Shown: positions 9,701-17,285 of the stretch, in pieces
Numbering within the stretch: position 1 is the first letter of the stretch
Layout of the letters: every line of letters begins with the position of its first letter
Source: a virus
Taxonomy: Duplodnaviria > Caudoviricetes
Direction: 5' to 3' (one strand)
Length of the DNA: 57,118 bases
IMG/VR virus record: IMGVR_UViG_3300042934_001339
Coordinates: 1 to 57,118 of that record
Position numbers and translations under genes: made by a program
The notes under the pieces: model-generated
What the model saw: only the letters and a program-made list of their open reading frames with translations
Database searches by the model: none
What the model was told of the DNA's origin: nothing

Positions 9701-12700
9701 GGGGCGTCGGCTGCTCAAGAGTCAGCTCTTGCGCGCTGCCTTGCGGATCACTTCCTGAGCCATCTCCAGAGTTTCCGGCGACTGCGCTCTGTCCACTGCG
9801 TCTAGGATCGACGTCACGCCGTCCACCATACGCTGCTGCTGCGGACTTAAGTGCGTCGGCAAAGGCGGCGGGGGACTCTTCGGTTTGAATTGCCGCGCGT
9901 TCGATGAGGGCTTCTCGGGCTTTTGCATTCGTGATTCCTTGTTCGTGGAGATAGGCCGCGGCATCAAACTGCGCAGCCAAATCGTCCATCGTCGTGTCTG
10001 CAGGCATCTTACCAATGACCCCGAAGAGATCATTGGCCAGCTTTTCCTTGTCGACCTTGTCAAACCGCTCGGCTTCGCGCTCAGCATAGGCGCGGCGAGC
10101 CGCTTCGTCCATTTGCTCCAGCGTGTAGACCGCCTCACCTTCCAGGGCTTCGCGTACGCGGTCCATAGCGGTGCCCGACAGATCGACGGTGTCGCCGTCC
10201 ATCGGCAGATATCCCGCCTGCTGCATGGCCTCCACCAGCATGTCGGCATCCATGCCGCCCCTGCGGAACAACCCGGGCGCACGGCGATTGGCCAGGTGCG
10301 CGCGATCGCCGTAGATATCGGCTGCCAGCTCCGGCCGGATACCGCCTGCTTGCCGCACCATCTGGAGAAAGCCGCGCCGGGCATCACGCCCGAAATCCGC
10401 GGCGGTGGACCCGGGCTCTGCGGCGGGCGCTTGCCCGGTGCGCGGCCGGGCGACGAATCCCCCCTCGACTGGCACCGGCTCCGCGTTTCCATGCGCGGTG
10501 GCGGCGCGCTGTGCAGCGCCTCGCGTGAGAAACGGCCGGCCATTTTTGGCGGTGATATCGGGCTCATACACCAGCGTGCCAAGCCCGGATTCTGCCGCGG
10601 GCCGCGTGGTGTCGCTATCGGCCAGCCAGCGCTTGAACGTGGGCATGTCCATCTGCGTGACCCTGCCCATACCCCGCCAGTCCGGCGTATAGCTGTCGCG
10701 ATATGCGCGTTCAGCGTCCTCCCGGCTGTCGTAGCCCAACATCACCTTGGATTCATCGAACCCGCGGTGCCCAGGGTCCACCTGGTCGATCACGAACACC
10801 GGGCCGCTGAAGTTGGGCGACGTGCCCGGCCGCACGAATACGTCGACCTGGTCACCGTCTGCGCCTTCCGTGCGGCGGATGTAGCCGTAGTGGCCCGCCA
10901 TCCGGTTCACCCATGCGGTACCGTCCGGCGCGGTGCCGCGACGCTCTGACCCCTCCGGATTCTCGATCGACAACTCCAGGCCAGCCACGCGCGTGCGCCC
11001 GACCTTGTAGTTGCCGGCCTCCTTCTGAGCTTCCGACGGCTCTGGCCGGCCATTCGTGGGAGAGGTCGCTGCCTCGTTCGCAGCTGTGTCGATCGCCGCG
11101 CCTGGATGCCGCTCGCCGGCGGCGGCCACATCGGGCGTCAGGCCCATGGCCGCCTGGCGTTCCAGCTCGGCGCCACGCTGGCCGGCGGTCGCGGCAACGC
11201 CGGCCGCATCCACCTGGTACACGGGCGCCGGCAACGCGCCCCGCGCAGGAGCACCGGCGAGGGCCGCGCCGACACCCTCGGCGAGCTGCTCGGCCGTGTA
11301 AGGCTGCATGCCGTTTTCGTGACGGATTATGGCCGTCGTCAGGCGTTCCAGCGTGCTGGGGTCGCTCAGGTCCAGCCGCTCGCCAGCGTCAACGCCCAGT
11401 GCTCGCGCGACCTCCTGGACATAGGCGTTCGTGTCATTCTCCGACGGAGGCGCCCAGCGATTCACGATGTCCTGCACGGTGTCCAGGCCATGCTGGCGTT
11501 GATAAGTCAGCAGGTTGCGTGCGGTCGCCCGAATACCCGCCTCCGGCGACTCGAAGGTGGCAAACCGAGAATCGTTGCCCTCGACTTCTCCGGCAAAGCC
11601 GACACCCTTCTGGATATTGCCCGGGTTGTTGTTGCGGATCCCGCGCGGCGCGTTGGTCGGCATGCGCCAAGACTCGCGGGCCGTGAAGCCATCGCCGGCG
11701 GCATAGCCATTCGGAGCTGGCAGCACATCACGTCGCGCCGGCCTATCCGTCGGCTGACGCGGCGCATCATTGGGCAGCGCAGGCGTTGGAGGCAGCGGGT
11801 CTGAGGCCAACTCCGATAGGCGAACGAAATACCCACGACCATCGCCCGTCCGGATCCGCGCCAAAGGCTCCCCGCCTGGCCGCGCAGTGGCAGCGTTCCG
11901 CTCCAAGCCCAGAAACTCGACCGGCAGTTCCTGACCATTCTGACGCAGATAAATCTGCTGTCCCCGCGTGAATGAGTCGCCCGCCTTGGTCTGGCCAGGC
12001 GTTGCCGCCTGCGCCTGTGCGGCCGACCGTTGCGCCTTGGCCAGCTCGACCGCAGGCACGTACGACTCCCGCAGGTTCACGCGCACCCTGGCATATTGTT
12101 GCCCGTCGGCCCCTGCCTCCGGCTCCATGCGTATGAACTCCACCGGAACGCCGTTCCAAAAGACCTGCTCGCCTCGTTCATACATCGGCGTGGTCTGTGT
12201 CTGCTCGGCAGCCCCATCCGCGTGGACAGGCGCTTCCCTTCCTCGGCCCGGACGCACGATGAAGCCATTATCGTGGCGCATGACCTGGGCATCGCCACCC
12301 AGCTCCGCCGCACGCTGGCGCGCCGCGCTGGCCGTGACAAATGGCATGCCGCTGGCGTGCATCACGTCGCCCGCCTCCAGGGAAGGCGCCACCTGCACCC
12401 CACGGCTGCGCACGCCATCGGCCGCGCCGTGCACGGCGCCTGGCCCCATGCCGGCGACAAACCCCAGAGCGGCGTTGCCGAACGATCCCTCCAGCGGGTC
12501 GAGGTTCATGCCCGCGCCCGCGTTGATGCCCGTCTGCGTCGCCACGCCTTCGCCGACTTCCTGGATGGCTTCCTCGGATCCGGCCAGGCCGGCGCGCCCC
12601 ACAGTCTGCGCGACCGCACCGCGGCCACCGAGCACGCGCCCAGCCGGCGACAGAATCCTGCCCGTCGCGGCGCCGCCCGCAGCGGATACCGGGACCGTAC

Positions 12701-13499
12701 GTGCAAACGCCGCGTCCTCGGCCTCGGTCCTCACGCGCGCCCGCGCCTGTGCGGCGGTGTAGCCCTGTGCCAACAGGTCCCGGAAGCTGGACGAAGCCGC
12801 GGCCAGTTGCTCGTCGTCCATCCCGTCGATAGTCTCGCGCGCTTGTTCGATGGCGTTACCGCCGCCCATCGCGCCGCCGGCGCCCGCTCCGGCCGCCATC
12901 CGCGCGCCGATCCCGGCAGGGCCAGCGATCGCTGAAGCCGCAATAGGGACCGCGCTGCTGCCCAGGGCGTTAAGGCCCTGCAGGGCCAGGCCCGACGCCG
13001 ATGGATTGCGCCCGAAGGTCCAGGTGTCGGGCTTGTCCAGATCGCCGCCGGGTTGCGAATCGGCCTCGCGCTGCTTGGCCTCGGGAGTGCGCGAATCGAG
13101 GATGCGCTGGCCCAGCCCATGGGTAGCGTCTGCCGCGTCTTCAAGGGGATTAGCGGGGACGTCCAGGCCAGCGTCAAAGGCTTGATTTAGCGCCGTCACG
13201 CCGACCCGGCCGAGACCTTCGGCTACCTTGCCGACCCCACGGACGGCGCTGCCCGCGCCCTTGATTGCGCCGCCGGCGAAGGTCTTGGGATAGTCGACGA
13301 ACTCGATGCCGCTGGCGTCCTGCTGCGGCTTCTGGAAGTCGGCAACACGGAACGTAAACGGGACGGTCATCGGAGCGGCGCCGGCGGGCGCCTTGGCGTC
13401 CGAGAATCGGACCTTCAGGTCCTCGCGGATGCCCTGATGGCGCGCGTCCACGTTGTCTTTGAACTCGATCCCCTCGTCGGGGCTTTCAAAGTTGTCCAT
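3711..13499 (-). CDS. Giant polyvalent virion/ejection protein (lysozyme-like, inorganic PPase-like, LPD5/LPD1-like, zincin HExxH, PRTase, LPD38-like domains)
   Basis: 3262 aa; motifs PRGIRNNNPGNI...HENG, EAQKEAGNYK...GADGDQVDVF, KIEDFGETLRGARK, GHEWWHGLD...ELSARAFE, HEVVGH, LVDDTLTQGGT, DDDYKQLPDW...IPKPFE. Confidence 0.88.
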   Translation of the reverse strand: MDNFESPDEGIEFKDNVDARHQGIREDLKVRFSDAKAPAGAAPMTVPFTFRVADFQKPQQDASGIEFVDYPKTFAGGAIKGAGSAVRGVGKVAEGLGRVGVTALNQAFDAGLDVPANPLEDAADATHGLGQRILDSRTPEAKQREADSQPGGDLDKPDTWTFGRNPSASGLALQGLNALGSSAVPIAASAIAGPAGIGARMAAGAGAGGAMGGGNAIEQARETIDGMDDEQLAAASSSFRDLLAQGYTAAQARARVRTEAEDAAFARTVPVSAAGGAATGRILSPAGRVLGGRGAVAQTVGRAGLAGSEEAIQEVGEGVATQTGINAGAGMNLDPLEGSFGNAALGFVAGMGPGAVHGAADGVRSRGVQVAPSLEAGDVMHASGMPFVTASAARQRAAELGGDAQVMRHDNGFIVRPGRGREAPVHADGAAEQTQTTPMYERGEQVFWNGVPVEFIRMEPEAGADGQQYARVRVNLRESYVPAVELAKAQRSAAQAQAATPGQTKAGDSFTRGQQIYLRQNGQELPVEFLGLERNAATARPGGEPLARIRTGDGRGYFVRLSELASDPLPPTPALPNDAPRQPTDRPARRDVLPAPNGYAAGDGFTARESWRMPTNAPRGIRNNNPGNIQKGVGFAGEVEGNDSRFATFESPEAGIRATARNLLTYQRQHGLDTVQDIVNRWAPPSENDTNAYVQEVARALGVDAGERLDLSDPSTLERLTTAIIRHENGMQPYTAEQLAEGVGAALAGAPARGALPAPVYQVDAAGVAATAGQRGAELERQAAMGLTPDVAAAGERHPGAAIDTAANEAATSPTNGRPEPSEAQKEAGNYKVGRTRVAGLELSIENPEGSERRGTAPDGTAWVNRMAGHYGYIRRTEGADGDQVDVFVRPGTSPNFSGPVFVIDQVDPGHRGFDESKVMLGYDSREDAERAYRDSYTPDWRGMGRVTQMDMPTFKRWLADSDTTRPAAESGLGTLVYEPDITAKNGRPFLTRGAAQRAATAHGNAEPVPVEGGFVARPRTGQAPAAEPGSTAADFGRDARRGFLQMVRQAGGIRPELAADIYGDRAHLANRRAPGLFRRGGMDADMLVEAMQQAGYLPMDGDTVDLSGTAMDRVREALEGEAVYTLEQMDEAARRAYAEREAERFDKVDKEKLANDLFGVIGKMPADTTMDDLAAQFDAAAYLHEQGITNAKAREALIERAAIQTEESPAAFADALKSAAAAYGGRRDVDPRRSGQSAVAGNSGDGSGSDPQGSAQELTLEQPTPQGLRNAAQEQAEVDRKTAAREREAEQRAVADSSRDDFVLTGSDRAPDQAAARGQQELASVNAPTQEAAPKTSAERPSSNADGKIEDFGETLRGARKHYAQQYAERMRLAETLPIANHTLAESWPEPNYAKLLEDGADPFLVALARAARDEVPAKPRSSWKLRGWTDQVQRLREFSGTLLSGKVSSGDIRAGLEKPPELRKVYGRARLYEALGHGQSLRGVTLESGQYSVFAGVRHDPPRTIWSVQRGASSSLGNWPRMLGHGDTAEAAIAEFQRFAAQQDERAAPEREVRFDIYSRPRMPGFYIGKKVGRVHVDLEHFTDIKAARAYLAENKDRLAEKLEKLKEVPAHRRGSNSPRVGVDHRDGADVSPERFTEAFGFRGVQFGNYVEGGRRQADLNEAYDALMDMAGVLGLPARALSLNGELGLAFGARGRGGVDAAVAHYEPGQVVINLTKGRGAGSLGHEWWHGLDNYFSRRGGALAGYASETGNRTDGIRPAMAEAFGNLKQTIGLIGMRERSSKLDERRAKDYWSTGRELSARAFESYLIAKLVDQGAANDYLANVVNEKAFGDEASYPYPTAAEIAPVRAAFDRFFQTVEQVPGEDGRIGLESRGEGGPGLEVAEARRQAAEFMGNLPGAANLRVSVVESVDQIPEGAKPSTLAEGAYYPANDGGRIYLVAENLPTAERLHQVLTHEVVGHFGVEALLGDRFGEVLADVRRLARAPDGAHIPRNAGPDHPHYATFEAVTLRYPDYSAENRAREVLARMAEQGSRPIFLERLYGKIRAALRRLGLNLKLTNIDIKQMVIDAGRFLKRAPAARASAGMQEAAASLAAESRRGADPVSLPSVVIGQRLGTAGKHPDHPAAKAGDTAAAVRLVQDVLSDDAVAQVREAIGGEQPSVVPVLAIEAAGHNKIPVVTATALAERLGLPLEVGIYQSVKAKRTALDGLGRIFQQPEFDGAVQPGKPYFLVDDTLTQGGTLAALASHIEQNGGRVVGSFALTGKLYSATLRLSPETLSELRARYGDVEQAFREATGRGFDALTESEGRYLAKHDAPDAVRGRIAAERHARIGGAGRRAAEEAANPLSRDPNEEAPPSAGLSTSGPMESRAASGTAAVPPMAPRAPREPKRGAKVARTGESLSDIERRQRNKFLGKIGAWAEQDPIKERLVKVSDRWQAKLVQGIFDQFAPLKGISATAYMQARLSKGADGAAEYLVRHGAVKLQDGALDTAGGKGLAEILAGLNGEHDHFMAWIAANRAERLAAEWQVRFDNGVTERFANEAAARAEAAKWPGAKAEAASRERLFTPEDIAAGKRLAAGKMADGRDRAAVYREALAEFNALQRSVLDVAQEAGLVDPSARQLWESEFYVPFYRVMEDDATGTMGPGQIGGLVGQHAYKRLKGGTDKLGDLVANTVSNWSHLLSASMKNLAAQGALQEAEKLGIATRARQAERGSVRAMFNGQERHYLVDDPLVMNALTALHYVGSNDPFTKAARKFKQALTVGVTISPTFRVRNLLRDTIQAMSIDSNLSVNPLRNLAEGWKATGSESDTWRRLMAGGGAVRFGSFNDGNARNVKRLVDELGAHPDDVITSPAGMGRALRKAFDWYQETGDRAETINRAAIYQQARKAGRSHLEASYAARDLMDFTAGGTFSAIRLLSQVVPFFNARLQGMYKLGRGAAADPARFAAVTGAVAMASALLYLGMKDDDDYKQLPDWARNSFWITKLPGTNQFVYIPKPFEIGALGSVVERGTELAFGGDDFRLRDFGRTVGAILTEQLSMNPVPQLVKPAMEAAFNYDSFRERDIDSVGQQRLPAGDRFTASTSAGAVALGRALGVSPQRVEHLARGYFGWLGTQALNVSDYLARPLSGLPENPRRDLGRVDNWFVVGDFVKEADPRSSKYIQRFYDEQREVNQVYAAYSQARELGDLERARELAGDDQLRVRALFKAADSQLRDVNTRIKALERADLQPEEKRAQLDLLYRARNRLAMLADERARAARP
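6401..6433 (-). terminator. Intragenic terminator-like hairpin inside the giant gene
   Basis: 9-bp stem AAGCCCCGC/GCGGGGCTT, 5-nt loop, followed on the minus strand by a T-rich tail (TTTCTACTTCT). Confidence 0.65.
6452..6640 (-). CDS. Candidate nested (overprinted) small protein after the PRTase domain; start may be 6640, 6634 or 6553
   Basis: Alternative frame ending MTRLTPSEVELLLKDMRESAELAGELLKKPRTH (amphipathic helix), flanked by a promoter and a terminator. Confidence 0.55.
   Translation of the reverse strand: MAMSNKLSAKPLAAASTRSQNLKVATSPSMTRLTPSEVELLLKDMRESAELAGELLKKPRTH
6682..6710 (-). promoter_or_regulatory. Intragenic sigma70 promoter
   Basis: TTGACG-N17-TACCTT with extended -10 TG. 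Confidence 0.55.
9722..9928 (-). CDS. Candidate nested (overprinted) 68-aa protein
   Basis: AAGGA RBS 7 nt before ATG; helical C-terminus LSPQQQRMVDGVTSILDAVDRAQSPETLEMAQEVIRKAARKS; extended -10 TGGTAAGAT at 10014-10006. Confidence 0.5.
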   Translation of the reverse strand: MQKPEKPSSNARQFKPKSPPPPLPTHLSPQQQRMVDGVTSILDAVDRAQSPETLEMAQEVIRKAARKS

Positions 13500-15312
13500 C
13501 TACACCTTCTCCGTTGGTGCGCCCCATGGCGGCGCGCGTGATTTCGGACCCTTCCGTGGCCCGTGCCCAACTGTCTGCGGCTGCCCGCTCCGCGGCCCGC
13601 GCCAGTTCGACGTCGTTCTCTGCCTGTTGCAGGAGGGCAGCGTGCCTGGCCCGTGCCTCGGGGCCGGCCTTCAGGCCCGGCGGCTTTGTCCGCAGCTGCC
13701 GCACAACCGCTTCCGCCTGACGCAACTGCGCCCGGGCGGAATCCAGTTGCACGCCTTCGGGCCGGTCAGCGTCCTGGCCAGAGGTCGAACCGCCTGATGC
13801 TGGCGCGCTGGCCAGGCCTGCGCCGACCGTCGTGCCTGCCGCGAGAGCGGCCCCTGCAGGACCTGCGGCCGCAGTCGCCGCCGACGGCGCGGCCTGTGAG
13901 GTGCCTGCGCTCGGCTGCTCCCCTGGTGCGGACGCCGGTGTGGCTGAAAGCCGCGCGCGAATCTTTTCCTGCACCTCTTTGGGCACGACAGAAACAGGCA
14001 GGCGGATAACCTGGCCCTCGTGCTCAACACCGAACCCAAACTGACGGTCGCCCAGGCGGATCGGCACGATGTCCGCCGTCCCAGCCTGGACCTGCTGGGC
14101 AAGGGAAGCCAGGTTTCCGGCGGTGAGTACTTCCCCTTCCGGTGTGCCGGCGTTCAAGCGGTTGATGTTCTCGCCGGTGGCGATGATTCCGCTGACCTGC
14201 TTGCGCTGGTCGTCGCCCAGGCCTTCCAGGCTGTCGACCTTAAAGATCCGCATGACGTGGTTCGCGAAGTCCTTGTTGGACGTGACCATCTTGGGCTTGC
14301 CGGCTTCGCTTCCCTCTGCCCCTACGCGCATGCCCCCTTTGCCATCGGGCACATACAGCGTCTGATCCTTGCCTAGGACACGCGGCTTTCGCAGCTCCTC
14401 ATCGCTGCGCAGTTGGCTATCCAGCAACTTGTCGCGGCGCTTTTGCTCCGCTTCCCACAGCAATTTCGCTTGTTGCGCGACCATCGCCTGCTGCGCCTTG
14501 GGGTCGCTCACGCTGCGCACGAAGTTCTGCAGCATGAACTCGCTGATGGGCTGCTGGACCGGCTTGCCAGTAGCGGTGTCCACGCCGACGAAGTCGTAAA
14601 CAGGCGCGCCGCCGGCCTGCTCGGCACGCTTGTTGATGGCGGTCACCTCGATGCCGCCGGGCATGAATCGGTTCACGAACGGCACATAGGAATTGGGGTC
14701 GCCCGTCAACTGATAGCGGCTCTGCGCGGCGTTGAAAGCCTGTTCCCGATGCTGGCCGACAAACTTTTCGCGGTCGGCCAGCAGTTGCATGGCGCGCCCG
14801 GGCTCGCCCAGCTCAAGTGCCTTCCGGTAGCCCCGCGTCAATCCGTCCGCGATCTGGCCGAATTCGCCGCCGCCGAGATAGTCAGCGGGTTGCGGACTTT
14901 TTTTTTCAGCCGATCCCGCCATTGCTGGGGCGACCGGCTGGCGCAGCCCGGTCCCCCCGAATGCACCTGGCGCCGAATCCGCCAAGCCCACGGCGCTGGC
15001 ATCCGGCGCCCGCGCCGTATCCATCGCCGCAGGCGCACCGACCGCCACGGGTTGCAACCCCCACGTGTCGCCCACGGCCGAACCATTCGGGACAGACTGC
15101 GAGGCCTGCACGGGTTCCAGGCCGGCCGGGGCATTTTTCTGGGCCGCACCGCCAAGCAGTTGGGCTGCGATCTCTTGGTCGACCTTCTTGCGTTTCTCGG
15201 CATCCGCTCTGGCGATCTTCCTGTCCTCGGCCACATCGAACGCCCGCGCGATGTCCATTCCATTGCGCAGCCCGTCGGCTAGGCCGCCGGCAAAACTTCC
15301 GTAATTCGCCAT
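13486..15312 (-). CDS. Putative internal virion/DNA ejection protein
   Basis: 608 aa, N-terminal GSFAGGLADGL, Ala/Gln-rich, lies between two other ejection genes. Confidence 0.6.
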   Translation of the reverse strand: MANYGSFAGGLADGLRNGMDIARAFDVAEDRKIARADAEKRKKVDQEIAAQLLGGAAQKNAPAGLEPVQASQSVPNGSAVGDTWGLQPVAVGAPAAMDTARAPDASAVGLADSAPGAFGGTGLRQPVAPAMAGSAEKKSPQPADYLGGGEFGQIADGLTRGYRKALELGEPGRAMQLLADREKFVGQHREQAFNAAQSRYQLTGDPNSYVPFVNRFMPGGIEVTAINKRAEQAGGAPVYDFVGVDTATGKPVQQPISEFMLQNFVRSVSDPKAQQAMVAQQAKLLWEAEQKRRDKLLDSQLRSDEELRKPRVLGKDQTLYVPDGKGGMRVGAEGSEAGKPKMVTSNKDFANHVMRIFKVDSLEGLGDDQRKQVSGIIATGENINRLNAGTPEGEVLTAGNLASLAQQVQAGTADIVPIRLGDRQFGFGVEHEGQVIRLPVSVVPKEVQEKIRARLSATPASAPGEQPSAGTSQAAPSAATAAAGPAGAALAAGTTVGAGLASAPASGGSTSGQDADRPEGVQLDSARAQLRQAEAVVRQLRTKPPGLKAGPEARARHAALLQQAENDVELARAAERAAADSWARATEGSEITRAAMGRTNGEGVDGQL

Positions 15313-15313
15313 G

Positions 15314-16495
15314 TCAGATGCTCTCCAATCCGATCAAACCGCCGGAGAGATCCCCGGCGAGCGAGGGCACGAGATCAGCCAGGCCGACCCCGTCCTCCTT
15401 GTTCACGCGCTTGTTCTCGCGCTGCTGCTCCAGCCGCTCCACCTTCTTAGCCAGCGCCCGGATCGCGGCGTGGTGCTTGCCGCTGACGCTGATCATGTCC
15501 AGACCGACACCGCCAGGGGCCACTTCGTCGCCGAACGCAGCTTGCATGTCTTCGGCGTAGGGACCGACATGACGACCGCCGTCGGCCACGCCTTCCTGGT
15601 ACTTCCAGCTTTCGACGGGCACGCTGGTCAAGCCCGCCAGGGCTTCTTCGTCGTCGACAGGCGCGCCTTCCTCTTTAAGCTCCTTCGACGACGAATACAT
15701 CATGGCTCCCGCCATGATTCCGGTGCCGATCAACGACCCTAGGCCGGCCTGGCTGGCGGAGTTGGCTTGCTGCTGCATCTGCATCTGGCTCAGCCCCAGG
15801 TTGCCCATGGCGCCGTATGCTCCGCTGGCGGTTCCCAGCAGCCCCTGCGCAGTGCCCGCCGCGTTGCCTTGGGCGGACTGCGCGCCCATGACGCCCGTGG
15901 CAGAGTTCCCCGCTTGCAGCGCCGCCTGCGAGGCGGCGATCCCAGTCCCCGTCTGGTTTCGGCCAAAGCGCGCGGCGTTCTCACGCAGGCTCATGCCCAG
16001 CAGCTTGGTGTCGTTGCGTTCCTTCGTCACCGCCCCTGCCGTCGCTAAGGCCCGGGCGTTTGCCTGGTCGGTCATCGCCGTGTTACCCAAGCTGCTGGTG
16101 GGCGACACGCCCATGCGCGCCATCTCGCGCGACGTCTGCTCCTGAGCGTTGTCGAACTGCCGCCCGACGGTGGCCGCGGCCAAACCTTCTCGGCGCGCCA
16201 CCTCCTCCGGGCTGTCATAGTTCATGGCCTCTTCGGCCATCTTGTTCTCGATGGGCTGGAAGATGTCCTTGTATTGCTGCCACTGATCGTCGCCGCGCTG
16301 AGCATTCTTCGTGGCCTCGCCCAGCGCGTTGTTCATCAGGCCCTGGTAGATGGGCGCAAACTGGTCCGTCAGGTCCTTGTTCCATTCGAAGTTGCGCTCC
16401 GCCAGGTCCTGCGCGCGCATGCCAATCTGCGCGCTCGCCTCCTGCGCCCGACCCACGGCCGGGTCCTGCTTCACTTCCGTCGACATGCAACCCAT
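15314..16495 (-). CDS. Putative ejection (pilot) protein with C-terminal peptidase S74-like intramolecular chaperone domain
   Basis: GGGGAG RBS; Q/A/G-rich helical body, hydrophobic segment, then SSKELK...WKY...HVGPYAED...coiled coil. Confidence 0.72.
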   Translation of the reverse strand: MGCMSTEVKQDPAVGRAQEASAQIGMRAQDLAERNFEWNKDLTDQFAPIYQGLMNNALGEATKNAQRGDDQWQQYKDIFQPIENKMAEEAMNYDSPEEVARREGLAAATVGRQFDNAQEQTSREMARMGVSPTSSLGNTAMTDQANARALATAGAVTKERNDTKLLGMSLRENAARFGRNQTGTGIAASQAALQAGNSATGVMGAQSAQGNAAGTAQGLLGTASGAYGAMGNLGLSQMQMQQQANSASQAGLGSLIGTGIMAGAMMYSSSKELKEEGAPVDDEEALAGLTSVPVESWKYQEGVADGGRHVGPYAEDMQAAFGDEVAPGGVGLDMISVSGKHHAAIRALAKKVERLEQQRENKRVNKEDGVGLADLVPSLAGDLSGGLIGLESI

Positions 16496-16496
16496 G

Positions 16497-16970
16497 TCAG
16501 TCTCCCCGCGCGGCCCGCTCGGCCTCAAGGTTGGTCAAGTACTCGCCCCAGGGCTCGGTCAATTGCCGCAGCTCCACACCCACGTCCCGCGCCCACGTGG
16601 GCCCGCCCAGCAGCAGCGCGCTGTGCGTGACCAAATCCACGTACGCGCCGCGCATTACGTAGGCGATCCTCTTGGGTGCAGTGCCCTCGGCACGCTCCAG
16701 CTCGGTCGCAATGCGCCAGTTGGTGCTGGCGTTCGCCAGAATCGAATTGAGCGTGTCGAAGTTGGCCCGGTAGAAGGGGTTGCGCGGCAACAGCACCAGC
16801 GCGATGAACATGCCTTCGTGGATCGCGTCGTCAGCCAGCACCCGGTCGCGGTCTATCAGGTCGTCCCACAGGTGCGCCACCTGGAAAGCCAGCCGCAGGA
16901 AGTCGACGGCGGCTTGGTTGCCGCGCATCCAGCGCAGGGCCAGCGCCGGGTCAAAAAAAGGCGCGCTCAT
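16497..16970 (-). CDS. Hypothetical helical protein with DDxxD motif
   Basis: 157 aa, HLWDDLIDRD; coupled to neighbouring genes. Confidence 0.7.
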   Translation of the reverse strand: MSAPFFDPALALRWMRGNQAAVDFLRLAFQVAHLWDDLIDRDRVLADDAIHEGMFIALVLLPRNPFYRANFDTLNSILANASTNWRIATELERAEGTAPKRIAYVMRGAYVDLVTHSALLLGGPTWARDVGVELRQLTEPWGEYLTNLEAERAARGD

Positions 16971-17263
16971 TGGCGCGCCTTCCTGGTCTTGGTGCTTGCC
17001 CCGAACCTGGGCCGGGCGGCCGTCTTTCGCACGGGCCGAGCCGGCGCGGGATCGCGCTGGTAGGCAGGGTCGACGTTAGCGGCCGGTGTGATCTGGCCAA
17101 CTCCCGGCGCCGGTTCTCCGGGTGGCGGTGAGGCAGCGACGACGGCGTCGTTAATCGCCTTCTGCGTCACCTGCACCAACGACATGACCAGGCCGATAGC
17201 CAGTTCCTGCGTGAGGCGATTGCCCACATTCGAGAAAATGAGGCTCTCAATCTGCTGTTGCAT
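16967..17263 (-). CDS. Hypothetical protein (tail chaperone-like position)
   Basis: 98-aa ORF, ATGA overlap with the next gene. Confidence 0.6.
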   Translation of the reverse strand: MQQQIESLIFSNVGNRLTQELAIGLVMSLVQVTQKAINDAVVAASPPPGEPAPGVGQITPAANVDPAYQRDPAPARPVRKTAARPRFGASTKTRKARQ

Positions 17264-17285
17264 TCTTTTCCTTGGGAAGGGTCGG

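Noticed and set aside
10058-10063. Perfect TTGACA upstream of the nested ORF at 9928
   Set aside because: No -10 element at 16-18 bp spacing, so it was not used as promoter evidence.
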